This document shows, in pieces, positions 35,380 to 44,409 of a DNA stretch of 56,371 bases (positions are counted from its first letter, which is position 1; each line of letters starts with the position of its first letter). Both the position numbers and the translations under genes were made by a program. This stretch comes from Oscillospiraceae bacterium (lineage in GTDB: Bacteria > Bacillota > Clostridia > Oscillospirales > Ruminococcaceae): the NCBI GenBank assembly GCA_017847995.1, contig JAGAPB010000024.1:1-56371 (forward strand), read 5' to 3'. The notes beneath the pieces are model-generated. The model had not been told where the DNA came from, made no database searches, and saw only the letters and a list, made by a program, of their open reading frames with translations.

Positions 35380-36063
35380 TTACTTAAGCAGTTTGCCCAG
35401 CAGGTCGCCCACCATTTCGGCGGTGTTGTCGCTGCTTTTCTTTTTCTTCTTTTTGCTGGAGGAATCGTCGGCCAACAGGTCGCCGGCCAGGTCCAGCAGG
35501 TCGATGCCCCCGCTCTTCTTTTTCTTTTTGCTGGAGGAGTCGTCGGCCAGCAGGTCGCCGGCCAGGTCCAGCAGGTCAATGCCGCCGCTTTTCTTTTTGC
35601 CGCCCATCACCGAGATCAGGTCGCCCAGATCCAGGCCGTCGTCCTTCTTGGCGGATTTTTCCTTTTCGTTGCCCACCAGGCCCATCAGCACGGGGGCCAG
35701 GGTGGCCAGCAGCATCAGGGTGTTTTTGTTGCTGAGGCCCGACTTTGCAGCCAGGGCATCGGTGATGTCATTTTTGCTGCCGCCCAGCAGGTGGCCCAGG
35801 ATCTTTTCGCCGTCGTTGGTGTCGGCCTGCTTCAGCAGGGTGGTGACATTGGTGGTGTTGGTTTGGGCGGCGTGTTGGCTCAGGGCCTTGGCCAGCGAGT
35901 CTTTGCCCTCCTTGGTGGAGGCGTTGTTGGCCATGTTCTGCATCAGAACGGGCAGGGCGGAGGTCAGCAGGCTTTCCACCTGGCCTTCGTCGGCCTTGGT
36001 GCTCTTGGCAAGCTGCGCGATGGTATCCTTGGTGATCAACTGGTTCAGCAGGTTGGTTGCCAT
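35380..36063 (-). CDS. DUF937-like protein with an internal 25-aa tandem duplication
   Basis: The N-terminal LLNQLITKDTIAQLAKSTKADEGQVESLLTSALPVLM pattern is typical of DUF937 proteins. The C-terminal half is lysine-rich and repetitive. Confidence 0.7.
   Translation of the reverse strand: MATNLLNQLITKDTIAQLAKSTKADEGQVESLLTSALPVLMQNMANNASTKEGKDSLAKALSQHAAQTNTTNVTTLLKQADTNDGEKILGHLLGGSKNDITDALAAKSGLSNKNTLMLLATLAPVLMGLVGNEKEKSAKKDDGLDLGDLISVMGGKKKSGGIDLLDLAGDLLADDSSSKKKKKSGGIDLLDLAGDLLADDSSSKKKKKKSSDNTAEMVGDLLGKLLK
35455..35604 (-). repeat. Two tandem 75-bp units inside the DUF937 gene
   Basis: 35455-35520 and 35530-35595 align with about 6 mismatches at a 75-nt period. They encode SGGIDLLDLAGDLLADDSSSKKKKK twice. 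Confidence 0.85.
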
Positions 36064-36253
36064 ATCTTTTCTCTCCTTGATGATGGTGTGAAATTTCCTT
36101 TTTTAAGTATATTCCATCGGCCGCGGGGTGTCAATTGAGGGAGGTGGCAGAAGATGGCGGGCTTTTGGTGCAAAAGGGGAAAATATGATATGATGTTGTT
36201 AGATTTGCGAAGAAAAGTTGTCTTTTAAAGCAGACGGTAAAGGAGTATGCACC

Positions 36254-36814
36254 GTGGAGGATAAAACAATTTTGTAACTGTACTGGCAGCGCAGCGGCGA
36301 GGCCATCCCCGCCACCCAGCAGAAGTACGGGGCCTATTGCACCACCATTGCACAGAATATTTTGGCAGACCACCGGGATGCCGAGGAATGTGTCAGCGAC
36401 ACCTGGCTGCGGGCCTGGAACAGCATGCCGCCCCAACGCCCGGCGGTGCTTTCGGCCTTTTTGGGCAAGATCACCCGCAGCCTTTGCCTCAACCGCTTCC
36501 GCCACGACCATGCCCAAAAGCGGGGCGGCGGGCAACTGCCCCTGGTGCTGGAAGAACTGGACCAAGCCCTGCCCGGCGGCACCGAAACGGAGGAAGAACT
36601 GGACCGGCGGCAGTTGGAGCAGACCATCAACGGCTTTTTGGCCGCCCTGCCCGAAAAAAAGCGGGCGATTTTTGTCTGCCGCTATTGGTACGCCGACAGC
36701 ATCGACAGCATTGCCGCCCGCTTTGGCATGAGCCGGGGCGGCGTGACCATGTGCCTGAGCCGGCTGCGCACCGATCTGCGGGAATGTTTGGAGAAAGGGG
36801 GCTATGCCCTGTGA
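36254..36814 (+). pseudogene. ECF-type sigma-70 family factor interrupted by an in-frame TAA at codon 8
   Basis: GTG at 36254 sits behind AAGGAG. It reads VEDKTIL-TAA(36275-36277)-LYWQRSGEAIPATQQKYGAYCTTIAQNIL..., continuous with track ORF 36362..36814. Region 2 is DAEECVSDTWLRAW and region 4 is IFVCRYWYADSIDSIAARFGMSRGGV. Confidence 0.6.
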
Positions 36815-37608
36815 AACGGCAAGACCTTTTGGAAGCGGTGGGCAACATCCACGACCGCTGGGTGGAAGAAGCCCACGCCCCCCGCAAAAAGACGGTGGGC
36901 TGGATGAAATGGGGTGCCCTGGCGGCCTGTTTGGTGATCACGGTAGTGTTATTGCTGCCCGGAACCGCTCTGCAAAAACCCCAGGAGCCGGAAGCCATGG
37001 CCGGTCCGCCGTCCACTGAGATCAACGGAATTCACTATATCCTTTCTTCCTATCTGGAGATCGAAACAGAACTGCCCCAGGGCTTCGAGTACGGCGGCGT
37101 GGGGGAGGTGGACGGCCAAAGCTGGGAATACTATGTCAATCCAGATATTCCCACCTGGGTTTATGTATACCAGGAGGTGTACGACAACATCACCCAGCAA
37201 AGCAGTATGAAGTATGTCCGCTATGTGGACAGCCGCATCCGGGGTAAAGACTACATCAGCTATGACGGCAGACTGTATGTTTCCATGTGGAGCGCCGCCT
37301 ATTGGGGAGAAAACCCCGATGTGACCCGGGAACGCTATGAACAGGTGGAGGCCGAATATGGCATCCGCATGAAGGGGCAAGCCCCCGCAAACTTTGTCCA
37401 TCTGGGCAAAGCCGAATTTACCGGGCACGACACCATCCCCGACCTGCCCCTGGGCTGCAATACCGGAAGCCCCGAGGTCTATCTCAACACCGAGGATGAA
37501 ACCATCCTGCTGGCCGGCACCGTTTGGCACACCGCCCCCGATGCAAACGGCGAACAGCGCCACGAAGGATACAACCTTTACATCCTCTGCGATGACCCCT
37601 TGAAATAA
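36811..37608 (+). CDS. Membrane-anchored anti-sigma-like protein
   Basis: The GTG at 36811 overlaps the sigma stop (GTGA). N-terminal KRQDLLEAVGNIHDRWVEEA, then a single TM (WGALAACLVITVVLLL) and an extracytoplasmic domain. The first 158 codons of track ORF 36337.. overlap the sigma gene in another frame. Confidence 0.6.
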   Translation: MKRQDLLEAVGNIHDRWVEEAHAPRKKTVGWMKWGALAACLVITVVLLLPGTALQKPQEPEAMAGPPSTEINGIHYILSSYLEIETELPQGFEYGGVGEVDGQSWEYYVNPDIPTWVYVYQEVYDNITQQSSMKYVRYVDSRIRGKDYISYDGRLYVSMWSAAYWGENPDVTRERYEQVEAEYGIRMKGQAPANFVHLGKAEFTGHDTIPDLPLGCNTGSPEVYLNTEDETILLAGTVWHTAPDANGEQRHEGYNLYILCDDPLK

Positions 37609-37633
37609 AAATTTGTGAAACCTAAAAACAAAA

Positions 37634-37670
37634 CCCCTCCCGAAAGAGAAACGGGAGGGGCTGTTTTTTT
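37634..37670. terminator. Bidirectional terminator
   Basis: A perfect 9-bp stem cccctcccg / cgggagggg followed by ttttttt, between convergent genes. Confidence 0.7.
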
Positions 37671-38751
37671 ATCGTCTTACGGCGCCGCTGGTGGGCTTTT
37701 CGCTGTATTCCAGCACATAGATATCCACAATGCGCCGCCCGTTGAGGGCGCTTTCCAGATAGCTTTCGTAATAAAGGTCGATGTCGATGATGTTTTGCAT
37801 CAGGCCCACGCCGGTGTCGTTGGTTACGGTGTAGCCATAGATGAAGCCGCCGTCGGCGGTACGGACATAAAGCTTGGTGCCATAGGGGAACTGGCTGGAG
37901 CGCACGGCGGCGGTGCCGGCCTCGCACCGCATGCGGCTGGCACCGATGGGGTTACGGGCCCAATAGCCGGTGGCCACCTGGTTGTGGAAAACGGCCTCGT
38001 ACTTCAGGGGGACGCCGTTTGCGTCCAGGGGATACTGGTCGCTGAAGTCAAAGTTGGAGATGGCGCTGCCATCCCCCACCAGAACGACCTGCTCGGTGGG
38101 GCGCACGGCGATGTCGGTGGCCAGCAGCTCCCGGTCCTGCACGATGCCGTCCACCGTGGTTTCGCTGAAGGTGTGCACCTCAACGCCTGTTTTGCCCTCC
38201 TGCAGAATGCGGGTCCGGCCGTTTTTCAGCAGGCTGGTGGATTTGTTGCGCACCGTAAAGGGGATGGGGTTGGTTTTCTGCACAAGGTTCTGCTCCACAC
38301 GCTGGATGGTGATATGTTCCCCCTGGGAAAGCATGGTGCGCAGGTTGGCGTCAATGCGGTCGTGCTCGCCCAACTGGATGTGATTTTCGCTGAGGAGCTT
38401 GTCCAGGGTGATCTCGGTGGTCATGATGCGGCGGGTGCCGCCGTCCACGGTCAGATAGACCGGGAAGGCCCGCTCCACATCCAGCAGATGGTAGCCCTCC
38501 ACCCCGGTGTCCTGCAGGGTATCGTAGCGTCCGATGGGGTCGATGTTGGTGAGGGAAAAGGCCTGGGTGGCCTGGCTGTTGGTGGTGTAAACCAGGTCCT
38601 GCCGCGCCCCCTCAACAATGACCACGGCGCTGGTGTTCATCACTGTGTATGTAAGCACCGCCGTGACCGCCGCCAGAAAAACGGGATAGCAAAAAGACCT
38701 GCTGGCCAAATAGCGGCAGGCGGAAAAAAACAGTCTTTTTGCGGTCGTCAT
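37669..38751 (-). CDS. Cell-wall-associated DUF348 / G5 / 3D-domain protein (YabE-like)
   Basis: TM anchor, DUF348-like VYLTVDGGTRRI, a G5-like region (ILQEGKTGVEV), and a C-terminal 3D domain (ATGYWARNP...YGTKLYV...VTNDTG). The ATG at 38751 is preceded by AAGGGAG. Confidence 0.7.
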   Translation of the reverse strand: MTTAKRLFFSACRYLASRSFCYPVFLAAVTAVLTYTVMNTSAVVIVEGARQDLVYTTNSQATQAFSLTNIDPIGRYDTLQDTGVEGYHLLDVERAFPVYLTVDGGTRRIMTTEITLDKLLSENHIQLGEHDRIDANLRTMLSQGEHITIQRVEQNLVQKTNPIPFTVRNKSTSLLKNGRTRILQEGKTGVEVHTFSETTVDGIVQDRELLATDIAVRPTEQVVLVGDGSAISNFDFSDQYPLDANGVPLKYEAVFHNQVATGYWARNPIGASRMRCEAGTAAVRSSQFPYGTKLYVRTADGGFIYGYTVTNDTGVGLMQNIIDIDLYYESYLESALNGRRIVDIYVLEYSEKPTSGAVRR

Positions 38752-38914
38752 AGCGGTTCTCCCTTGGATGTTTGATTGGAATGCCGGTGGGAAGGATTGG
38801 CAAAAATCGGCCGAATATTCAGCCAAAGACATATTTTCCCAATTATGAGGGTTATTATAGCCACAGGGGACACAGGTGTCAAGTTTTGCCAATTTGAAAG
38901 TACGCACAAAGAAA

Positions 38915-38938
38915 CAGGGGGAGCAGAGACTCCCCCTG
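38915..38938 (-). terminator. Terminator of the arg operon
   Basis: A 9-bp stem cagggggag / ctccccctg. On the minus strand it is followed by TTTCTTTGTG. Confidence 0.5.
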
Positions 38939-38950
38939 AGCTTTTGGATG

Positions 38951-39862
38951 TTAGCGGTCGGCCATCAGCTTGACCATAATGGCCTTCTGGGCGTGCAGAC
39001 GGTTTTCAGCTTCGTCAAAAATTTCGCCCGCATGCTTTTCAAAGGTTTCGGCCGAGATCTCCTCCTCGCGGTGGGCGGGCAGGCAGTGCATCACCATGGC
39101 ATCGCCGTGGGCAACGCTCATCAGCTTTTCGTTTACCTGGTAGCCGGCAAAAACCTTGCGGCGTTCGGCGGCTTCGCCCTCCTGGCCCATGCTGGCCCAA
39201 ACGTCGGTGTAAACGGCGTCGGCATCGGCTGCGGCGGCAAAGATATCGTCGGTGAGCTGGAACTTGTCGCCATACTGCTGGGCAAATGCAAGCACGGTGG
39301 GGTCGGGCTGGTGGCTCTTGGGGGTGGCGATGGAGACCTTCATGCCGGCCTTGAGGCCGCCGACGATGAGGGAGTTGGCCATGTTGTTGCCGTCGCCGAT
39401 ATAGCAAAGCTTCAGGCCGTCCAGGTGGCCCTTGTGTTCCCGGATGGTCATCAGGTCGGCCATGACCTGGCAGGGATGGCAAAAATCGGTGAGGCCGTTG
39501 ATGACGGGGATGCCGCCGTACTTGGCCAGGTCTTCCACTTCCTGCTGGGCAAAGGTGCGGATCATGATGCCGTCCAGATAGCGGCCCAGAACGCGGGCGG
39601 TGTCTTCCACGGGTTCGCCGCGGCCGATCTGCAGGTCGTGGGAAGAAAGGAACATGCCCATGCCGCCCAACTGGTAGATGCCGGCCTCGAAGGAAACACG
39701 GGTGCGGGTGGAGGACTTCTGGAAGATCATGCCCAGGGTCTTGCCCTCCAGGGGCTTGTGGTTGATGCCGTGCTTCAGCTCATATTTCAGCTGGTCGGCC
39801 ATGTCCAGCAGCTCCACGATCTCTTCGGTGGAACAGTCAAGCAGCTTCAAAAAATGGTTCAT
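38951..39862 (-). CDS. argF: Ornithine carbamoyltransferase
   Basis: Motifs SSTRTRVSFE, CHPCQ and HCLPAHR. RBS is GGAGGG. Confidence 0.92.
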   Translation of the reverse strand: MNHFLKLLDCSTEEIVELLDMADQLKYELKHGINHKPLEGKTLGMIFQKSSTRTRVSFEAGIYQLGGMGMFLSSHDLQIGRGEPVEDTARVLGRYLDGIMIRTFAQQEVEDLAKYGGIPVINGLTDFCHPCQVMADLMTIREHKGHLDGLKLCYIGDGNNMANSLIVGGLKAGMKVSIATPKSHQPDPTVLAFAQQYGDKFQLTDDIFAAAADADAVYTDVWASMGQEGEAAERRKVFAGYQVNEKLMSVAHGDAMVMHCLPAHREEEISAETFEKHAGEIFDEAENRLHAQKAIMVKLMADR

Positions 39863-39929
39863 AGGAAAACCCTCCGTTGTTCAAAATTAGCTTTAACCGC
39901 CGGCGGGGCCGGTGCGGTGAATTTTGGCC

Positions 39930-41111
39930 TTAAGCAAACTGTGCCAGGGCACGGCCCAGGGCGGCCAGGCCGCGGTCCAGTTCGTCATAGGTGATGTTCA
40001 GGGGGGGCAGCATACGCACCTTGGTTTTGGCGGTCAGCACCAGCACCCCTTCGGCCATGGCGGCCTTTACCACATCGGCTGCGGCAATGCCTTCCTTCAG
40101 CCGTACCCCCAGCATCAGGCCCATGCCGTCCACGCCCTCAACACCGGGCATGGCGGCCAAAGCCTTGCGGATGTATTCGCCCTTTTTCACCACTTCCTCC
40201 AGGAAGCCGGGGGCGGTGATGGTTTTGATGATCTGGCAGCCGCCGGCGCAGACCACCGGATTGCCGCCAAAGGTGGTGGCGTGGGTGCCGGGGGTAAGCA
40301 CGCCGTGGGTTTTTTCGCCAAACAGCACGCCGCCGATGGGCAGGCCGCCGCCCAGCCCCTTGGCCATAGAGACCAGGTCGGGCTGGATGCCGAACTGCTG
40401 GTAGCAGAACAGGCTGCCGGTGCGGCCGATGCCGGTCTGCACCTCGTCAACGATCAGCAGAATATCCTGTTCGGCGCAAAGCTGGGCCACTGCCTCAACA
40501 TATTCCTTGTTCTGGGGGATGACGCCGCCCTCGCCCTGGATCATTTCCATCATGATGGCGCAGGTGGCGGGGGTGATCTTGCTCTTCAGGTCCTCCAGGT
40601 CGCCGGCAACGGCGTAATTGAAGCCTTCCAGGAAGGGCATAAAGTGCTGATGAAAGACCTCCTGGCCGGTGGCGGTGATGGTGGCCATGGTGCGTCCGTG
40701 GAAGGAATTCACCAGGGTGATGATCTCGTAACGGCCGTCGCCGTATTTGTCGTGGGAGTATTTGCGGGCGGCCTTGATGGCGCATTCATTGGCCTCGGCG
40801 CCGCTGTTGGCGTAAAAGACGCCCTTCATGCCGGTGGCCTCGCACAGAAGCTGGGCCAGCTCGCCGCCGGGCATGGTGTAGTAGAGGTTGGAGGTGTGCT
40901 GCAGCTTGCTGAGCTGTTCGGTAACGGCCTGCTGCCAGTCGGCATCACAGAAGCCCAGGGCGTTTACGCCGATGCCGCTGGTGAAGTCGATGTACTCTTT
41001 GCCATCCAGGTCAAGGCAAAGGCTGCCGCTGCCCCACACAAGGCTCTGGTCAAAGCGGCCATAGGTGGGTTCTACATATTGGTACTGGTTTTTCAGTTGT
41101 TCATGGGTCAT
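39930..41111 (-). CDS. argD: Acetylornithine aminotransferase
   Basis: Class III aminotransferase with PLP-lysine context DLVSMAKGLGGG. The ATG at 41111 sits behind GGGGGTG (track start is TTG 41126). Confidence 0.9.
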   Translation of the reverse strand: MTHEQLKNQYQYVEPTYGRFDQSLVWGSGSLCLDLDGKEYIDFTSGIGVNALGFCDADWQQAVTEQLSKLQHTSNLYYTMPGGELAQLLCEATGMKGVFYANSGAEANECAIKAARKYSHDKYGDGRYEIITLVNSFHGRTMATITATGQEVFHQHFMPFLEGFNYAVAGDLEDLKSKITPATCAIMMEMIQGEGGVIPQNKEYVEAVAQLCAEQDILLIVDEVQTGIGRTGSLFCYQQFGIQPDLVSMAKGLGGGLPIGGVLFGEKTHGVLTPGTHATTFGGNPVVCAGGCQIIKTITAPGFLEEVVKKGEYIRKALAAMPGVEGVDGMGLMLGVRLKEGIAAADVVKAAMAEGVLVLTAKTKVRMLPPLNITYDELDRGLAALGRALAQFA

Positions 41112-41249
41112 ATCAGACACCCCCAAATTGAAGTAATAGGTAATGGTGAAGAGGTAAGAGGTAAGGAATTCCGCTTTGCGGAATGTTTTTGAATTGGTTC
41201 TGCGCAGCAGAACACCAATCTTATTCCCCTTTGCTTCTTGTTTTTACTT

Positions 41250-41279
41250 GGGACAATGTTTTTATAAAAACATTGTCCC
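41250..41279. repeat. Perfect 30-bp palindrome spanning the argB stop codon
   Basis: gggacaatgttttta (41250-41264) and taaaaacattgtccc (41265-41279) are exact reverse complements. Confidence 0.8.
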
Positions 41280-42125
41280 GATGCCTTCGTCGGTCATCAT
41301 TTCGATGAGGATGGAGTGGGGAATGCGGCCGTCGATGATGAAGGCGCGGGAAACCCCCTGGCGCACCGATTCCACGCAGCATTCGATCTTGGGGATCATG
41401 CCGCCCGAGATGATGCCCTCGCGGATGAGACCGGGCACCTCGCTGACACGGACCGAGGGGATGAGGGTGGATTCATCCTCCTTATCCCGCAGCAGGCCGC
41501 GGATGTCGGTCATGAGGATGAGGTTTTCGGCCCCCAGGGCGCTGGCGATGGCGGCAGCGGCGGTGTCGGCGTTGATGTTGTAAACATTGCCCTCGCTGTC
41601 GCAGCCCACGGTGGCAATAACAGGAATGTAGCCCTGGTCGATGGCGTCGGTGATGGGGGCGGTGTCAACTTCGGTTACGTCGCCCACAAAGCCCAGGTCG
41701 CCCTTGTCGGTCTTTTTGGTGGCACGGATCATGCCGCCGTCGATGCCGCACAGGCCCAGGGCACGGCCGCCGTGCTGTTCCACCAGAGTAACAAGGTTCT
41801 TGTTAGTTTTGCCCGAAAGCACCATCTGCACCACTTCCATGGTTTCGGCGTCGGTATAGCGCAGACCGTTTACAAAACGGGGCTCGATGCCCATGCGCTT
41901 GAGGGTGGCGTTGATATCGGGGCCGCCGCCGTGCACCAGCACCACCTTGATGCCGATGAGGTTGAGCAGAACGATATCACGCATGACGCAGTCCTTCAGG
42001 TGGTCGTCGATCATGGCGTTGCCGCCGTATTTTACCACAACGTATTTGCCGTAGTATTTTTGAATATAGGGCAGGGCGTGTACAATGACCGCCGCCTTGG
42101 CCTGGTTGGAGATGGAGTCGGACAT
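41262..42125 (-). CDS. argB: Acetylglutamate kinase
   Basis: Amino-acid kinase motifs VVKYGGNAM and VLVHGGGP. Confidence 0.92.
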   Translation of the reverse strand: MSDSISNQAKAAVIVHALPYIQKYYGKYVVVKYGGNAMIDDHLKDCVMRDIVLLNLIGIKVVLVHGGGPDINATLKRMGIEPRFVNGLRYTDAETMEVVQMVLSGKTNKNLVTLVEQHGGRALGLCGIDGGMIRATKKTDKGDLGFVGDVTEVDTAPITDAIDQGYIPVIATVGCDSEGNVYNINADTAAAAIASALGAENLILMTDIRGLLRDKEDESTLIPSVRVSEVPGLIREGIISGGMIPKIECCVESVRQGVSRAFIIDGRIPHSILIEMMTDEGIGTMFL

Positions 42126-42172
42126 GGAGAATTCCTCCTTGTGGTGTTTTGGGATGGGAAAGGCGTTAGCCG

Positions 42173-43393
42173 TTAGGTGCGGTAGTCGCCGTTGATCTTT
42201 ACATAGTCGTAGGTGAGGTCGCAGCCGTAGGCGGTGGCACAGGCTTCGCCGTCGCCCAGGGTGATGATGACGTCAATTTCCTTTTCGGTCAGCACGGTTT
42301 TGGCGATCTCTTCGCTGAAGGGGATGCCGGCGCCGTTTTGGCACACATCCACCCGGCCGGCCTTGCTGGCAAAGCTGACAGCGACCTTGGTCACATCCAC
42401 GGGGGCGTCGGCATAGCCGATGGCGCACAGCACGCGGCCCCAGTTGGCGTCGGCGCCAAACATGGCGGCCTTGAACAAAGAGGAGCAGCAAACGCTTTTG
42501 GCGATGGATTTGGCGGCGGCGGTGTCAACAGCACCGCTGACCTTGACCACCAGCAGCTTGGTGGCGCCCTCGCCGTCCATGGCCATCAGACGGGCGATCT
42601 TTTCGTTGACAAAGGTGAGGGCCTGGCAGAAGGCGTCAAAATCGGGGCCTTCGGCTTCGATGAGGGGAGCGCCCGACATGCCGTTGGCCAGCACGGCCAC
42701 AGTGTCGTTGGTGGAGGTGTCGCCATCCACCGAAACCATGTTGTAGGTATCACCCACCGAGGCGGTCAGGGCCTTCTGCAGCAGGGCGGGGGTGATGGCG
42801 GCGTCGGTGGTGACAAAGCCCAGCATGGTGGCCATGTTGGGGTGGATCATGCCAGAGCCCTTGGCAATGGCGCCCATCTTGCATTCCACACCGCCGATCT
42901 GGAAGCTGACGGCAACTTCCTTCTTGATGGTGTCGGTGGTCATGATGGCCTCGCTGGCGTTGGTGTCGCCATCCTTGGCCAGTTCCTGCACCAGTTGGGG
43001 AATGCCGGCGGCGATGGGGTCGAGGGTCATAGGCTGGCCGATGACGCCGGTGGAGGCAACCACCACGTCGGTGGGGTCGATGTTCAGGGCCTTGCCCACC
43101 AGTTCGCACATGCCTTCGGCAATTTCGATGCCGTTGGCGTTGCAGGTGTTGGCGTTGCCGCTGTTGCAGATGACCGCCTGGGCCTTGCCGTCGGCCAGGT
43201 TCTTCTGGTCCACCAGGATGGGAGCGCCCTTGACCTTGTTGGTGGTGTATACAGCGGCGGCGGCGCAGGGCTGCTGGCTGTAAATGAGGGCCAGGTCACG
43301 CTTGGTGCGGTTTTTGCGGATGCCGCAGTGTACGCCCGAGGCGGTAAAGCCCTTGGGGGCCGAAACCGAGCCTGCGATAAGTTTGATTTCCAT
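42173..43393 (-). CDS. argJ: Bifunctional ornithine acetyltransferase / N-acetylglutamate synthase
   Basis: ArgJ self-processing site context PNMATMLGFVTTDA. 406 aa. Confidence 0.92.
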   Translation of the reverse strand: MEIKLIAGSVSAPKGFTASGVHCGIRKNRTKRDLALIYSQQPCAAAAVYTTNKVKGAPILVDQKNLADGKAQAVICNSGNANTCNANGIEIAEGMCELVGKALNIDPTDVVVASTGVIGQPMTLDPIAAGIPQLVQELAKDGDTNASEAIMTTDTIKKEVAVSFQIGGVECKMGAIAKGSGMIHPNMATMLGFVTTDAAITPALLQKALTASVGDTYNMVSVDGDTSTNDTVAVLANGMSGAPLIEAEGPDFDAFCQALTFVNEKIARLMAMDGEGATKLLVVKVSGAVDTAAAKSIAKSVCCSSLFKAAMFGADANWGRVLCAIGYADAPVDVTKVAVSFASKAGRVDVCQNGAGIPFSEEIAKTVLTEKEIDVIITLGDGEACATAYGCDLTYDYVKINGDYRT

Positions 43394-43428
43394 GATGATT
43401 CTCTCCTTTACGGGGATTGTATGGGAAG

Positions 43429-44382
43429 TTAGGGCAGGGGAACAAGGCCGGTGGCCTCGTCGGCGCCCATGATGATATTCAGGTTTTGCACGGCGGCGCC
43501 GCTGGCGCCCTTGCCCAGATTGTCAAACAGGGCCATCACCTGGATGCGGTCGGCATTGCCGGTGACGCAGATGACCATGCCGTCGCTGCCGGCCAGCACA
43601 TTGGCTGCGGCAAAGCCGCCCTGGATGTAGCGCTGGTCGTCGGCCTCGGCCACCTGCACCAGACGGCAGCCGGAATAGAATTCCTTGTAGATGTTACGCA
43701 CCTCGTCGGGGGTGGCGGTTTTGGTCAGCAGACGGCCGATGAGGGGCAGGCTGACCTCCATGCCGGCGTAGAAATCGGCAACGATGGGGTTGAAAACGGG
43801 AACATAGTCCAAACCGGAGTAGACCTGCATTTCGGGCTGATGCTTGTGGCTTTGGGTCAGGCCGTACTGGCGGGGGCTATCCAGCAAAACATCACGGTTT
43901 TGGTCCTGATACTGGGCGATCATCTTTTTGCCGCCGCCGCTGTAGCCGGTCAGGCTGTGGCAGACTGCGGGGTAATCGGCGGGCATCAGCCCGGCCTGCA
44001 CCAGGGGACGGGCCAGGGCCAAAAAGCCGCTGGCGTGGCAGCCGGGGTTGGCCACACGCTTGCCGGTGGCAATGCCCTGGCGGAATTCTTTGCCCAGTTC
44101 GGCAAAGCCGTAGTTCCAGCCGGGGGCCACACGGTGGGCGGTGGAAGCATCCAGAACCACGGTGTTGGGGTTTTCGACAAGGGAAACGGCCTCCACAGCC
44201 GCCGCGTCGGGCAGGCAGAGGATAGCCACATCGGCTTCGTTCAGCAGCTCCTTGCGGGCGGCGGTATCCTTGCGCAGTTCGCTGGGGATGTGCAGCAGGG
44301 TCAGGTCGCTGCGGCCCTCCGGCCGTTCCTGGATGCGCAGGCCGGTGGTGCCTTCGCTGCCGTCGATGAATACTTTGGTCAT
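43429..44382 (-). CDS. argC: N-acetyl-gamma-glutamyl-phosphate reductase
   Basis: N-terminal KVFIDGSEGTTGL and catalytic Cys context ANPGCHASG. The ATG at 44382 is preferred over the track start at 44397. Confidence 0.9.
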   Translation of the reverse strand: MTKVFIDGSEGTTGLRIQERPEGRSDLTLLHIPSELRKDTAARKELLNEADVAILCLPDAAAVEAVSLVENPNTVVLDASTAHRVAPGWNYGFAELGKEFRQGIATGKRVANPGCHASGFLALARPLVQAGLMPADYPAVCHSLTGYSGGGKKMIAQYQDQNRDVLLDSPRQYGLTQSHKHQPEMQVYSGLDYVPVFNPIVADFYAGMEVSLPLIGRLLTKTATPDEVRNIYKEFYSGCRLVQVAEADDQRYIQGGFAAANVLAGSDGMVICVTGNADRIQVMALFDNLGKGASGAAVQNLNIIMGADEATGLVPLP

Positions 44383-44409
44383 AGGGGTCGTCACCACTTT
44401 CGGTTTGGT

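Noticed and set aside
36337-37608. 423-aa ORF spanning the sigma gene and the downstream gene.
   Set aside because: Its first 158 codons overlap the recognisable sigma-factor frame and translate to Pro/Arg/Gly-rich nonsense. The real gene most likely starts at GTG 36811, overlapping the sigma stop.
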